From Tubiluchus corallicola (Eukaryota > Animalia > Priapulida): DNA of 64,000 nt. This document shows, piece after piece, positions 24,551-63,748 of this stretch. The DNA is taken from NCBI GenBank assembly GCA_030141605.1, contig JAQGDQ010000204.1, forward strand, positions 310,001 to 374,000. Direction: 5' to 3'. Made by a program: the position numbers and the translations under genes. How positions within the stretch are numbered: the first letter of the stretch is position 1; the number at the start of each line of letters is the position of its first letter. The notes beneath the pieces were generated by a model. That model saw only the letters and a list, made by a program, of their open reading frames with translations, was not told the DNA's origin and made no database searches.

Positions 24551-26714
24551 CTTCTACAACTGAAATGAACGAAACTGCCGATGGAACTTACTTTCTGTGC
24601 ACTTCAATCCCCAAACATGTTGTACTTACACAATTAAAGAACGTTAAAAACCCTTTAAACGTGTGACATTTCCTTGCATTGTCCCACTAATAAAAATGAT
24701 AACTCTTCTAAAATATGTACACTGACGCAAAGTGAACTACAATCAATTACATGCTAATAAAAAACGGTAATGGACAGAAATAAAAACAATGATATATTTA
24801 ATATCTGCAACAGATGGATCAAAAAATGCAAAAAAGATGCTGCGACAGATGATTTTTAATTGCATACCTCGAGGACAAAGATGCGTGCTCCTTTGTTGTA
24901 TGGGGAAAAACAAAACCAGAAGTTAGGAAACTAACTGAAAAGTTTACAGGTATATCACTCGGGGTGTGCCGTGTTGACGACACTTTCGTGTCTTTCTTTC
25001 AAGTTTTGAATAGATAAAATTACATAAAAGCTCTTGGTAATGATTATAATGTATGTCACATTTATTTCGCCATAAAATACGGGGGCACAAAACAACCAAT
25101 GATGTATCGGGTGAAGCTATCAGGCTTTTTCCCCCATAGTTTTCTCCAGAAGTTACATCTCTAGTTAGTTCGTTAGCCGTCTGGTGGTAACTTGTAGAAG
25201 TGGTATAAGTTACTGGAACACCTCTAGTGTCCACTCAGGTTGAAAGGTGTTATGGTATTTTTTGGATGATCTGCCCATTTATCAAGTTGACTTTTAAAAT
25301 GGTCTGGACGTTTTGCATTCCTAACATGTGTACCCAACTTGTTCCAATCATTGATGACCCAGAAAATGAAAAGTTCTTGTTGTTGCAATTAGGCTTACAG
25401 ATCATGTGTCCATCACCCCTATAGTACCGTTCGGCATTTAATTTGGCATCATTGTTAAAAATTTGAAATGTGCTTGATGATGTGAGTGTTAACCTCTGCA
25501 TGGGTTCGGAATATGATGCAATGCTGGTACCAGCTTGGTTGCTTGTCTCTGGATGGTATTAGAACAGAACAATTTATTACATCAAAGTGCTGCTGAAAAA
25601 ATAGCTAGGGAACTTACATGCCATGCCCTCAGTATTTAGCGTGGAAGCCGCCCACAGCAATAACCCTGAGGCACATAATTATTATGTTTGGAAACTTGAA
25701 GAAATTAGGGTCGAACTCATAATTCTCAAGTAAGTCTTCCTGATATGTTTTTGGATCATGTTAGCCTTACAAGATGACTCAATATGTTCAGCGAGGTTAA
25801 AACCTGGCGAATTTCCAGGCCTTTCTATCTGCTCTGATCAAACGACCCCCAAGACTGTGTGAGAGGTGCGAGAGATGAACGAGGCATCAATGCACATTAA
25901 AATTTAATACTGATTGGTGATAGATTCTCCACTGATTCAGCAACACTTTGATTCTGAGTCTGGAAGAACAATCGGTAAAATTCAACTACAGGAATAATGC
26001 CGATGCGGTATGACTTGGTGGGCACTAACGTGAACAATAAATGAAGATGTAGTCCTCAATGAATAACCAGATTCAAAGTCCAATACTTCTATGGAGAGAC
26101 TATTCCACTACTTGATTGGGCATGAGAAGAATGAAAATTTATATGATGAGAATGAGGCTGAAATGTATTTGAATTTGTAGGAATGATTATGATCTAGATT
26201 TTTAACTGTACTGTTGTCTCAGCCCTTACCTCAGCTGACTACTGACTCTGCCTAGTTTCATAATTCTACATATTATAGTTTTCAAGTTATTCAATATTAT
26301 AGCTTGAACTGACCGATCTCCTGTGTATTTCATCCTTTGTGTATGACCGCAGTCACCGTTCTCCATATCATTGTCAAGACCATTAGTCTCGGTGCCTACC
26401 TTGCAAGATTCAAGACTATAACCCTCCGCATTTCTTTATGAATTCTTTATTTTGTGTCCAAATTGCCCATGATGACGCATGACATGACTGACCATGAACT
26501 TGGGTTGCATGTTTTGGAAAGGGTCCAAAAATAAATGCACGTGTTAATTATGTTATGACAGCTTACTGTTAAGGAACGCTGATAACTAATAATGCGTCAG
26601 TCACTACACGCAATTTAACTCTGCAATGCAGACAGCAAAATGCTTTACCAGACTGACATACCATGACTGACACATTGACTAGAGCTCTGATCATCGACTG
26701 TCTCTCAGAGAAGT

Positions 26715-26815
26715 ATCTATTGACGTCATGGATACCGCCAGAGGGCTAGCGTTTCGCTTTTGGGGCTAACTTTCCGTTTTGCACGGGCGCCGCACCCTAG
26801 CCATCTTGGATTTGT
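26715..26815. promoter_or_regulatory. CpG-rich motif cluster (CRE, CTCF-like, YY1-like); possible HDHD3 promoter or insulator
   Basis: TGACGTCA at 26721-26728, CCGCCAGAGGGCTA at 26735-26748 and GCCATCTTG at 26800-26808, in an otherwise AT-rich region. Confidence 0.4.
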
Positions 26816-27029
26816 TGAAAAATATAAGATTGAATTTTTTTAGTTGTTACATGATTACCAGTGTTTATATGCTTAGGACAAAGGATTAAAAATTTTCTGC
26901 CGTAGTAGGGTAAGCAGATTATTAATTAAAACGCAAATTTTAATTGACAGCCATACCGGTTTATGTTTTTAGCTACAGATAAATTACCGGGTGCCTTGCT
27001 AGTAGGTGATGTCAAATTCCAATGATCAA

Positions 27030-28300
27030 AAATTAATTGAGTATGACAGTATTGCAATGAATTAGTATGTGCTTATTAGTCAAAACTGCTACTCGGCTTA
27101 AAATAAAAAACAAGCATAGACAAGGCTTGCCGTTACTAAGAAGCTTTTTCCCAATATCAGTATTTTGAAATAATAACCAACTTACACGATTTTCATCTGA
27201 AACTCGCTCCCAAATAACCATATTTCCTTCATTTTCATAATAAGGACAGTACAGTAAAATATGTTGTAAATTCTCCAAGTCCAAAATAACACTTACAAAA
27301 TCCATGGCATTCAGCTATCTTCCATCTAAATAATGGAGACTTCCACTAATTTCCAATGTGTCAATTCTTGCTTTCACCATTAACTCAGTGTTATACATAT
27401 TATTCATCCAGCATTCATAATAAGGTCATGGCTTGTTCACATACACATCAACCGTAGAACATGATTCATATTTATTCTGCCATAGTTGAAACCCTTTACC
27501 CTCACCTTTTTGTTCAATTAACTGATTCCAACCTTTCTCACTAAAATTCACGTCAGTTATTTCCTTCAACCGGTCCTGCAAAAGTTCTAGTAGTGCCAAC
27601 ATGTTTCCAAAGACTTCTAAATTAAATTTATCTGCTAAAAAGTTATTCTTCTAACCACTTAGATCCTATCCAACTACACACTACAAAGGATATTATCCAT
27701 TACACATAATATAATTCTGTTCAGACACTTTAAACGTGCTTTAGCTTTTCTCTTCCAATGGTGGAAATCCAACCTGTCCTCTCACAGTAGCTCCACTACA
27801 CCTTTTTGTTGTTCTTATCCATCTTGCAAAGTCATCCTGTATACTGTCATAAAAGTTCACCTTTTTATAATAAATTATCAACATAATCGAACATTATTTT
27901 AGGTACAATAAAAAACTTCTGTCCAGGGCTGCCCACTTCGCTTCTTCTTAATTCTGAAGACATAGCCGTATACTTTTAATGCACTAGTAGATTCCCTTAA
28001 ATCTGGAATCCATTCTTTCCAGCAGTTTTCCAGCAAAGGTTAAAATGTTAATAACTAAATCTTCGTATAAATAAACACCTGCATTAGAACTGTGTAACAC
28101 ATCCAATAAGTTATGCATATATATATAAAGAAGAAATATAGACTACATTGGGTCACCCTGTTTGATGCTTGCTGTAACTTTAATCTTTTTACATTTTATT
28201 CCTCTCCAAGACATTTAAACATTTTATTTTGTGTTACTAATAATACACATTTGTACAACATTGCTCTTACTATACATAAAACAAATATAGCAACCTTAGT
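27030..28300 (-). mobile_element. Heavily decayed LINE 3' fragment
   Basis: ENLQHILLYCPYY, a C-terminal zinc-knuckle-like motif, in ORF 27033-27305; the boundaries are approximate. Confidence 0.45.
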
Positions 28301-31300
28301 GCAACTGGCCTGCTAAAGTCCATGTGACATCCCTAGTTAAAGGCTAGTTCAGTGATTTTTTGATGATGTCAGTAAAAACAGTTAGACTTACAAATGTGTT
28401 TTCACTACAAGGAAAAACGAAAAATTACAAAAAGACTACTCAGTGCACAATAGAATAAAGTGCACGCATGTATGCTTCATATGTTGTATACATATATGTA
28501 TCTTCACATGTTCTTGATTAAAGTCGTTATTAGCACTTAACTGGCTGCATTAGTAAGCTACCTTGGAAAATGATTGCTCTCACAGAAAGATTTCTGGTAT
28601 TTCCTGTTTACAACACATTTCGGCGCATGTCCAATAATATCTAGTAATAACAAAATTTATAATTATAACTGTAATTATAAGATCACTTTTATATACGTGA
28701 AAATAAAATATTTCGGTAAGTCATCGGGTATACATTATAGTAAGCAAATAGCATGAAATGTGTGGAGCTAGTTGCTCTTAGTGTGATCAAATGTTACTCT
28801 TAGATAACTTATCATGGCTGTATTATAGTGTGTAAAATGAATTTTATAGTGCATAGTACTTGTGAAAAATAAAAGAGCACTTTGCTAGCCCTGCTGGAAA
28901 AATACCGAGTTTTAGTACAGCATGCTAAATTTTTGCTTCACTATGCCAACATAACCAGGGCCAAAACTTAGGTATCTTTTGCCAAAATCTAAGCTGATTC
29001 TTGCCATGACATTTTATGAGAATCCAGAGAATAGAAGTCTAAATTACATCGTTCAAGTATCAAGAATTGTAATTATTGAAACAGTGAAGACAATATTTCA
29101 GTTAAATTAATTTACTATAAGAATTAATCACTATCAGTACTAACATCTTTTTCAGAATGAGGCCTAACATTTCTGATCAAGCAAGCCATTTAGAATTTTG
29201 TTAATTCTTCACTTTCAACTGTCCTTGCAAGTGTCTAAACAGGTCTTAATGACCGTTTTCCCTGCAGGCTTTGATAATACCATAATTTCCGAGAAACGTT
29301 CTTTATGCGAAACACGAAAAATTTTACTGATAACTTGGCAAATCAGCCATTTCCAAACTTTACACCATAAGTAATTTTATAAAGAAATATTGGATATGGT
29401 ACACTTTGGTGGAAACTTATGGAAAATTTTCACCATGTGTAACACTTACTGTTTGAATGTTTAAATAATTGGTTAGCTAGTTGCATAATTAGAATACTGT
29501 ATCCTAATTCTTGATACCTGTTATTTGCACATGCTTTTAGAAAAATGTTCTTTATTGAGGCAACATTTTTGGTATATACCTAAATGGTTTTACACACTGA
29601 TTATGTAAATAAAGAAACATAATTTACGTAAAAGGATAGTGTCTTCGGAAATTCTACATTAGATACAGTTTTGTTTGGAAATGGCAGTTGTCGAAAACTG
29701 AGATATGTGGTTTTACCTGGCCTTCTCATATAATGTAAACTACACGTTATGACTAGACCTTTATTGTGTAATTCAATACTAGTGTACAATTTTAGCATGT
29801 CTAGTACTTTTTAGTATATTTTAGAATTCTGTAGGTATATCACGAATCTGATTATCGAAACCGAATCAAATTCAAATCTCAATTTTTTAGGTATTTCTTT
29901 AAACTGAATTTTATTGGAAATGGTTTGGAGGTCATTACCTGTCCTAGGTGTAAAAAATTTTTATAGTAGCATTTTATTTAATTATGATAGATAAACCTAT
30001 AAGAATCAAAGTCTTCAGAGTGAAATACTGGAAACAAAGGTAAAAGAAGCTGGCAAACAGGTACATTTAATAGCAAAACGAATCTCTGGAGTATATGCAA
30101 CCAAACCAGAGTTACGTGTGTGAAGATGATGATAATTTGGGCTAGGTACATTGTATACGTGAAAAAACGTTAGGGTTCCAAAAATTTCCTGATGAAAAGA
30201 CTGAAGAAAAATCTAGCCAAGAGGTAACAGAAATTGCAGAATTTGATTGCTTCTGAAGACCCAAGACATACATTGGTGTCAGAAATTGAATTTCAGATTT
30301 AGTCAAAACTAGCCGTAGATAAGTAATTAACTACACTTAATTAGTACACTATAATACACGCGTAAGCTTAAAACACAAGTACTGTTATACTTCATAACGT
30401 TATACAAGAAAAATTCAATTTTGGTGGGAATTGACTGTTGAGGAGGGCACTGAAGTTACTTCTGCTTCAAGCTACCTAGAGCTCACTCTGTACAAAACGA
30501 TTTTGTATAATATCTTGCTAAACATAATAAAGTTTCTTAGTTCAGATTTAGGTTTTTACTTTATGCGCAGCTTGCTTCTTTTTTTTATTGCAGTCTAGAA
30601 AATACTGCTATTACTATGCAAAATGTGCGTGATCTATGTACAAATAATTCAGAGACATTTTGGCATATTTTATATTTTATGACTGCATGTTTTTCTTTGG
30701 AACTAAATTAGTAATTTTTAGAGAGTAAAGATAAATTAGACTCAGTACGTGCTAAAAGCATGCTTAACATGCTTAAACTAAAATTAGTGTTTAGAATGAT
30801 GTGTTAGACACGCTGAAAGCAAATATGGCGACATTTGTGTATTTCAAGTAGGAAAAAATTGTCAAAAAAGGTAGCAAATTAAGTAATTTTGTCCCAAAAA
30901 ATATAAAGATAAAAGAGTGTATGATTACTTTTTTGTAATGAAATGTTACCGAATCACCTCTGCAGTCGAAGTTAAACTGAATTTTTTTTTCAAAATTTTA
31001 CGGAATTTGCTGAGTCTGGAGTTTTTAGTTTCTTAGTTGGTGGAGACTGAGATAAGTATTGTGTAGATGCATACTAAAATCAGAATTAAAAATTGACGAG
31101 TAGGTCATGAAAAGGACAAAATGAAATATGTAAACAATTTCTATTCATTCCAATTACTGGGATAATATCTACTGCACTACAGCACTTAGAATAGTCATTA
31201 TTGGATTTTCCACTACTATTTTAACCTAAAGAAACCATCTGCTTTCATACTATAGTACCCACATAAAAATATCAATCCTGATATTTATTAAGTGCATTTA

Positions 31301-31879
31301 TTGTATAGTTTTTAGTGGTTAGCTGTAAACACATAACACTTGCTAGCATGGCAGTTAAACAGCATTGCAGCTTTCAATGTGTGTTCAGGAAAAGGAATCG
31401 AGGGAAGGACAAGTAAAGTTAGTGTGATGGATATATCTTACTGTTATTGCTTAAGCTTAAAAAATATAACAAAGAAATTTGCAAAACAACTATCTATTGA
31501 AAGGTGTGTGTATAAGTAATCAGATGGTGATTCACTCTTCACACACTGTTTAAATTGGTCTATTTCAAATTTTATTGTGTTTGTTACAGTATATTGGTGT
31601 GTAAAACTAAATTTGGTAGTTTCATAGAAATTAAAGTTAATTTCCACTAACGCTGTGCAGAAATTTTCAGGTGCAGTGGTTGCCGCCATTCACTTGACAA
31701 TTATTACGTAACTGGTGGCTTTTCGTGAGTGCGCGATGGTTAAAATAATTCAAACTTCTGCATTTAACCTAATATTCCTGCAGAAATATCACAAAATTAA
31801 CTGTTTGTTATTTTTTAAAAACTTCTTACACCTTTGACACGTATTGACAGTGCACTGCTGTTCTTGAGTCTACAAACGA

Positions 31880-31980
31880 TGTCACTGGTGGAAAAGTGGT
31901 GTTCAAAATGGGAACGCCCAAGCATGAAATGATTGTAACTTTAAAGTGCCTTTACTAATTAAACGAGGCACTTATCACAC
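31880..31980 (-). repeat. Inverted copy of the 23121-23220 repeat
   Basis: gtcactggtggaaaagtggtgttcaaaatgggaacgcccaagcatgaaatgat...actaattaaacgaggcac. Confidence 0.75.
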
Positions 31981-32849
31981 TTTTATTAGTAAATCTTTCT
32001 AATATTTTTTGCGGATATTGAAATAAGCTTGACTTCCCAGAAGACATAGCCTTTCCTTTAAGATATTGCTAGTAAATATGGCATGTAAACATAGAAAATC
32101 TTCAAAGTTGGTCCACAGTTTTATGTAGTCTTTTGATTTATAAGAGAAGAAAATAATTTTAGGCGTGTTTTTAAATATAATTCTGAAATCACTTAAATGC
32201 AAAAGCAAGCAGCATTAATTTAACCATTGTACTTTGGCTGACAACCATGCCTATCGATGTGGGCCGTGTCCATCCAAACATCAAATGTCCAGTGTCCACT
32301 GTTCAATTTTCTCTAGTATTTTTGATACTAATTGTCGGATTGACAAGAAAATCGGTTAAATGAGTCTTTGCCACAGAATCTGCGATTTGCAGCGCTCGTC
32401 TTCGTTAATTAGCTAATTAATTTTCAGAAGCCTAAAACTCAAATTATTGTTAGCTAATTTCTCTAATTTGCTACAGAGGATCTAGAAATGCATATTGATC
32501 ATCTGAGCAGTTTTTGTCATCCTTTTCCTTTAAAAGAGATTATTGACGTTATGAGTTAAATCTCATCAAGAGGCGATTAATTTTAAGCTTAAAACCCTGA
32601 AGTTATTCATAGTTTCTAATTCATTATACTTAAATATTGGTACTATATAGTTTTCTACATCGTGGAACTTACGAGTATAGCTTTTACTTCCACCCTCCTG
32701 AATTTGTAGCCATACGGCGTGTTCTTAATCTTACACTTTCTCAACTTCTTGGCTTCTGTAGTCAAACCAGTGTTGAGTATGCAGTACTGCTCGACTGAGG
32801 CGCTTACCGACTCTTGGTGCTGCAGTGGATACAGTCAGGCTATTGATTT

Positions 32850-32985
32850 TCAGATGTTGTGTTCTGTTCAGCTGCTTCAGTATTTCACCCCTGAGAGAGC
32901 GCTGCGTTGTGCATTACGAACTTTAGCTAGTACTAATAGCGGCCATTTTGTCATCGGCGTCAACAAGGGCGTATGCGTGTACTGC
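32850..32985 (+). promoter_or_regulatory. Probable G-beta promoter and non-coding first exon
   Basis: CpG-enriched; YY1-type GCGGCCATTTTG at 32939-32950; donor gtaagc at 32986; acceptor ttttttcttttcag at 33994 precedes the ATG exon. Confidence 0.55.
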
Positions 32986-34019
32986 GTAAGCCTGTGTTCC
33001 CGTCCTGTGTTCAGAATGGCAGCGGATAATTATTATTTAGTGACGACCAAGGACATTGGATGGTTGACGAAGTACATACTAAATGGGTATCCAGTGTTTT
33101 CATTGTGAGCATACAGCCTCACTGTTGTTGGTATGTGCCAGTGTTTGCTTCTCAGAAATTCGGACCCGCACACATGTTTGCTCTATTCCTCTGCTAGGCT
33201 TCAGCAACTGCTGTGCATATATTTGCGGGCTGCTATAAATAGCTCCTGGAGCGCTTTATATAGCATAACCTTAGCGGGGCCAGATGTCTTTTGTATGCAT
33301 TTTCTGGCGAATCTGGTCTGGAAATGTCCGAGTCGAACACACGTAGAAGTAGGACCTATTCATGCATAGTCTGTGAAGAATCCTTTTAGTGCAGTGTGAC
33401 CGTGAATAATTTGCGATCTTCACTGTAATCGTTCTACAACAGTTAGCTGAAGCATTGTGAAATCCCTATCTTAATCCTTGGTTGCTTCAGACAGTGACAC
33501 TGAACATTGTAAACGATAAATGGATCGGCAGATTGGAAAGTACACTTAATGTATTATAAGCTTTTAAATCATATAACTATACTCAAATTAATTTGTTTCT
33601 GTCTCCCTATACCAGCTGTCAATGATCACATTATTTTTATATCCAATAACGCAATACCCCGGTGATAATGCATTCATAAATCGGTTCTGTATGTAAGGTA
33701 TCCCTGGTACTTAGGCCTCCTATTTATATTGTACGTGTACAATATACTGCTGTTTCGAACACTTGACTGGCTAATTTATTTGCATGTCTGGAAGACAAAA
33801 AAAGAATGGAGTGAAATTCAGCTGTGCAGCTTAATGCACTTATTTATTATTTATTAGGCCTATAGTTGCCATTGGGAAGCTGCTAAACGAGAATTATATT
33901 CGTCTTCTCATGCAAACTTGAAATCACTGAACCCATGTTTCTTTCTGATGCTCTCTCTCTTAAATTTTACTCATTCAGTGTTTTTTCTTTTCAGATTTTT
34001 GTGTTTTTAATTTAACAAA

Positions 34020-58774
<24,755 letters not shown>

Positions 58775-61700
58775 CCCCTCTCATCCCCTTCTTAATGTGA
58801 ATACTTCTTAGCCAATGGCAGCAGCGGGTGTACCCAACCGTTTGCCAATCACATACAAACAATTGATGCATTTGCTACTGCCCAGCAACTGCACCTACAA
58901 AGATTTCCCTTGTTCTCATCCACTAACTGTACATTTTTATATATGATACATATTAATCAAGCACGGTTGCATTTAGGGAAATGCGGAGTGCATTGTTAGG
59001 CAGCAGCATTGCTGGGGAAACTAGGAAATCTTTTATTTCATGTTGGGAAAATGTACATGTTGTACAGTGACAGGGGAACCAATGTTTAGACCAGAAGGAT
59101 TTGCTTGTCCAGCTTTGGATTTTGCCTCGCTGGACCAATGCTGCTGTTCTTCTTTTTACCTTGATAAACATTTTTATTGGTTACCGACTGGGTTTAGTGT
59201 CGTTGTTTGTACAGTAAGTAGGTAAACTGAATGGAATCTACGCCGTGCTCTGTGCTTTGTAACTCTCTCTATATATATACATGCCATTCTCCACGTATTG
59301 TACTACATGTATATGCATTTCAAGTTGTCATTTTTGATGAGACATCACTAGCCCAGTGCAGAATCTAGTTCAGTGCATTCGCTTCTATGAATTTTATATT
59401 GTTGTTAAATGTGATCTTCTTATATTTCTTTTGGGGAAAATATGTATAAGAATTGATCGTATTCATTTTTGCTAGCACTATTAAAATACTGTTGTGAATA
59501 TACATCAGAACATTAAAGCGGGTTGCATCGTGTCCAAATTACCTGTTGCATTTTGCCTACTTGGATTTTTACGCTTCTGCCTTTTCTGTTTATGATCTTT
59601 GATGTGATGTAGACGTTTTACGATCTACGACTTTATTCTGTGTACATTAACAGATAAGAATTATTAAATTATTATGAAGCTTTACAAGGAATGGTGAAGT
59701 TAGTAATCTTTTACGTCTGCATTATTTGTGTACTGTACAAACTAAGACAAGCGTTAATAATTATGCACAGTAGATAAATTATTGATTATAATATATGATC
59801 ACTATTTGTAAATGAAAAAGTCGGACAATTGTGTGTATACAGTTATTGTAACTGCTAGTGATGACTAGCAAAGATGATTAGTAGAAAAGATGAAGAATAA
59901 TTGTATCTATCCTCTTGTATGTATACAGCTTTTGCACCGTGTGAATTATTGAGGAAGTATTGCATAGATTAGCATTTTATTCGTAGGTTCAGTGTAGGCC
60001 CTTAACATGTGTATGATTTTATTGACACAGTGGATTTTAGTAATGAATAAAATTGGAGTTATTGTCGTTAAACTGTAGCACCGTGCACTGTCTGTCATTG
60101 CTTAAGACATGCAAGGTACACATTCACCATAACGTTACTTGTGATCAAACATTTCTTGCTATTTATGTCTTTGCCTTTATTTGTTATTTTATTCCTGCGA
60201 CGTAGCGCTTGAGACGCTCTGGTGGCATTCACAGTATGTATGTATTATTATTATGTAACTGTCATATGTCGACTGTAGGTATTTTTATTAGTAATGTTTG
60301 GGGCCCCCGAGTACTTATCCGATGCTCTGAATGTCTGCACCTGTTTTTTTGTCAAAATTCACCATACTTGGTTTTATTATCTCATCATCCATTGTTGGAT
60401 TATAATATGCATGCTTGTACATAATGCTGCAAGTCTATGTTGACTGTGGAATCATTGACATTACTTGCAGTGATGCCATTGTCTATGATCCCCATTGTTG
60501 AGTAGTAATTTGGCCATTGTTTGTCAATGTGTTCATTAAACATCTACACAATAGGACGTTCAAGCAGGATAAATAACTGTAATTATTGAGACATTTTCAT
60601 TTCAGCTAATTTCTATACAAGTGGTTACTTTTGTTCCTCAGCTTGGTGCAAAAGAAAAGTTTGGAGCTTAAATTTGTGTCATCTCTTCACTCTTTCCATT
60701 TTCTGCTCTTCCTTAAATTTAAATTTCCAGTTTGCTAGAGCTAAACTGCAAATAACTGCTTCCTTACATTTGCCAAGGCAGCAGTCAGCAGTTATCAATA
60801 TTGTAGCAAATGTAGAAGTGGCAGAAGTGTAGGATGCTTGCAGCAGCAACCAGACTTGTTCCTCCAGCGCCTCCATATTTGCATTTCTTAGTCATTGTTA
60901 CATATCTTCAAACATTAGGAGCATCGTGTTTGCTGCTGCAGTGCCATACTTGTTGCCACCTGCAGACAAAATGTTACCTACAGTACAATGCCATATTTGG
61001 GCAAGAATGCACTATATAGTACACTATTAGGTAACTGAAGTGAACATTTGCATCAATCCTGTATGAATAGTCCCATTTGTGAAATGTATTGTAAAATTTA
61101 ACTTGTCCAATAAAGCTATTCGTCTTTATCAGAAAATAAGTACATGACTAATGAGTTTTATTCTGTGGCACATAATTTAAATTTTTGTGTTAACGTTCAT
61201 GTATCATTCACAATGTTCTCGGGTAGTAAATACTCGCAATTTTTTCATGCAAGCACAAATTTACAAAACTGGCAATTGGAAATGGGGTGGCTTGGTTTTG
61301 AACCGTCTCATTTGGATTTGATGCAAATTAGATTGGGAATTTTTACCCATGGCAATTTTTACCCATGCACCAGGGTTGGGACACATTGATGAGAAGCCAG
61401 CTAAAAATTCCACCATTTTATGTTTTTCTTACAATACTAGAAAGTATTAATGCAGTTCTGCTAGGGTGACTGTAAACATGTTGGACACAAACTCAAAGTG
61501 TTTATAAGTAACGACTGACTTGTAATGGTGTCCAATGCTGATATCATTTTTAGAAGCTAAGTAAAATGGTTTAATCCAAGACACTGTTAATTTCAAAAAT
61601 CAATCTATTGTTATGAAAATAGCAGTTACATACATATTGCACATTATTCGGAAGATGCTTCCTTCAATATTCGTTATTGGTATTGGAAGCCAAAGAATGC

Positions 61701-63748
61701 ATCACTAAGCTTATGGTAATGAAAACGGACAGACAATAAAAAATACGTGTATATCAGTATTAAAATAAACAAAAATGGACATCCCATTTACACTACAGTC
61801 CATATACATTTACGCTAGTTTACGATATGTTTAGATGAAATAACTACATGTACAACATCCTTTTTTCTACCCACCCATGTATAATGCTTTCCATGCTTAC
61901 AGGTTGTCTGTAATTGATCTGGCCATAGCAACAATATTAATGCTACCCTGTGTATCATAAATTAGTGCATGCTTTAATTTATAAAAAGTACATTTCTGTA
62001 GGACAATATTAATGATACTGTTGCAAGGTTTTCGGTTATTTCATTAATAATATTATTTAAAAACCATTATGTGAATCAAAACAACAACAAACAGTCCATT
62101 TTAACAGTGTTACATCTAAAGATGAAAATACGCAACAAAATCTTGGTACCAGCAACGTATGTCATTAAACGTTAATCTAAGGAAAACACTACGTAAAACA
62201 GTCTTACGGGCAATACCTTTGATTTCTAAAATACTGGAACAGTACAAGAATTACACATTCCAACTATGTTGAACATCAACCAACAATTTCCAGTATTAAA
62301 AGAAAGAGCATATTCTCTTCACAGTTGACATTCACTATATTGGTTGCTACCTGGTAAAATGTTAAGCTTTTTATATCAGAGAATCTTGACTAACATTGCA
62401 AACAGTGAGCTATAATACAGAGCAAACACAATGCAAAATTTGTCTGTTACAGACTTTTGCTCACCTGGCTCATCAAATTGGGGGGGGGGAGGGGGGTCTG
62501 GCACACAAGACATGTCTCGGTGAGACAAACTGAATGGTATAGGTTTTGACCCATGACCGAAGGTCACAGATCAAAATGTGACAATTTGCAATTTCACTGA
62601 AGCAAAATCAAGCATAGCAAATTCATTGAAGACAATATTAACACCTTCAGATCCCCTGACCCATGGGGTTGCTGATCCAAAAGTGAGAAGTTCTAATTTC
62701 ATCGAAACGAAATGCAATTCTTAGATAATCAAGCATGGCAAATTCAACAAAAGCCAAATTGTAATCTTGAAACAAACATCAAGTCAGCAAAGATTTCACA
62801 GTCAGCTGACGCAGTTTTGGTCATATTGCAGAATCTCAAGTTTATGACTGAGTTATAAACTGCAGTCTAGTTATATTTTTATCATCTGCTAACATTTTGC
62901 TTAATAACTCGTCAAGCTTGCAAGCTATGATCACAAAACTCACAAGGTGGGCAGCCCTGGTTAGGGGAAAGACAGTAGATGTTGATCTCCGATCTCTGGT
63001 AAAGGGGTCACATGCAATGCACATAGGTCAGTTTTATTATTGCGATTCAACTCCTCCTAGCACTCAGTTTTTTTCAAATTTTTGTTCACGAGTATTTAGG
63101 AAATACTCCCAAAGTAAAGGTAACTATGTCGGGTGACCCGAGAATGCAGGGTCAAAATTCAAGGGGTAAGCATGTTATCATTTAAATTTTGCTAGGCTTT
63201 ATCTGCTCCTATAGTTTTGAGTTGGGACCGCAATTTTTGGTATGCGGCTAGGCTGGGTCAAGGCCATGTGCACAGCTGAATATGGACATGTGCATTTTCG
63301 AAAAATTTTCTGCTAGAGGCAAAAACCAAAATAGAAAGTCGGGGACAGAAGTGCCTCCAGTGCGGATCAACAATAGCTTGTAGAACATCAACTGAAAGTT
63401 CGTGATGAAGCAAATCGAATAGCACGGGTTGCAATGAGAACAGTTGACATGTGACCCCACTATGGGGCAAAATAGGGGTCAGAGAGGCAAATGTTTCCAA
63501 ACCCAGCTTGTGTGTTGTACACCAAATGAGAAGTCTTGATGAGGTGACTTGAATGGTATGAGATGGGAGGAGATTTATCCCACGAGTCACATGGGTTGAA
63601 AACAAGTTGTAATGTCATTGTAGAACGTTGAAGTTAAACAATCAAGCAACATGAATTCAAGAAAACCAAAATTATGACTATCAAACATTAGGCTTAAAAA
63701 CTCTTGGCACTCTCACAAATCTCTGCAACTATTTCACACCATCTATGA

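Noticed and set aside
24560-24591. Apparent 32-nt GT-AG intron on the minus strand upstream of the HDHD3 micro-exon
   Set aside because: Probably too short to splice; more likely an alternative donor or chance.
24944-26100. Overlapping short ORFs suggesting a gene or retroelement
   Set aside because: No recognisable motif or consistent exon structure; probably a decayed repeat.
32719-33369. ORFs of 129 and 78 aa near the G-beta 5' end
   Set aside because: No recognisable homology; they overlap the GC-richer promoter and first intron, where stops are rarer.
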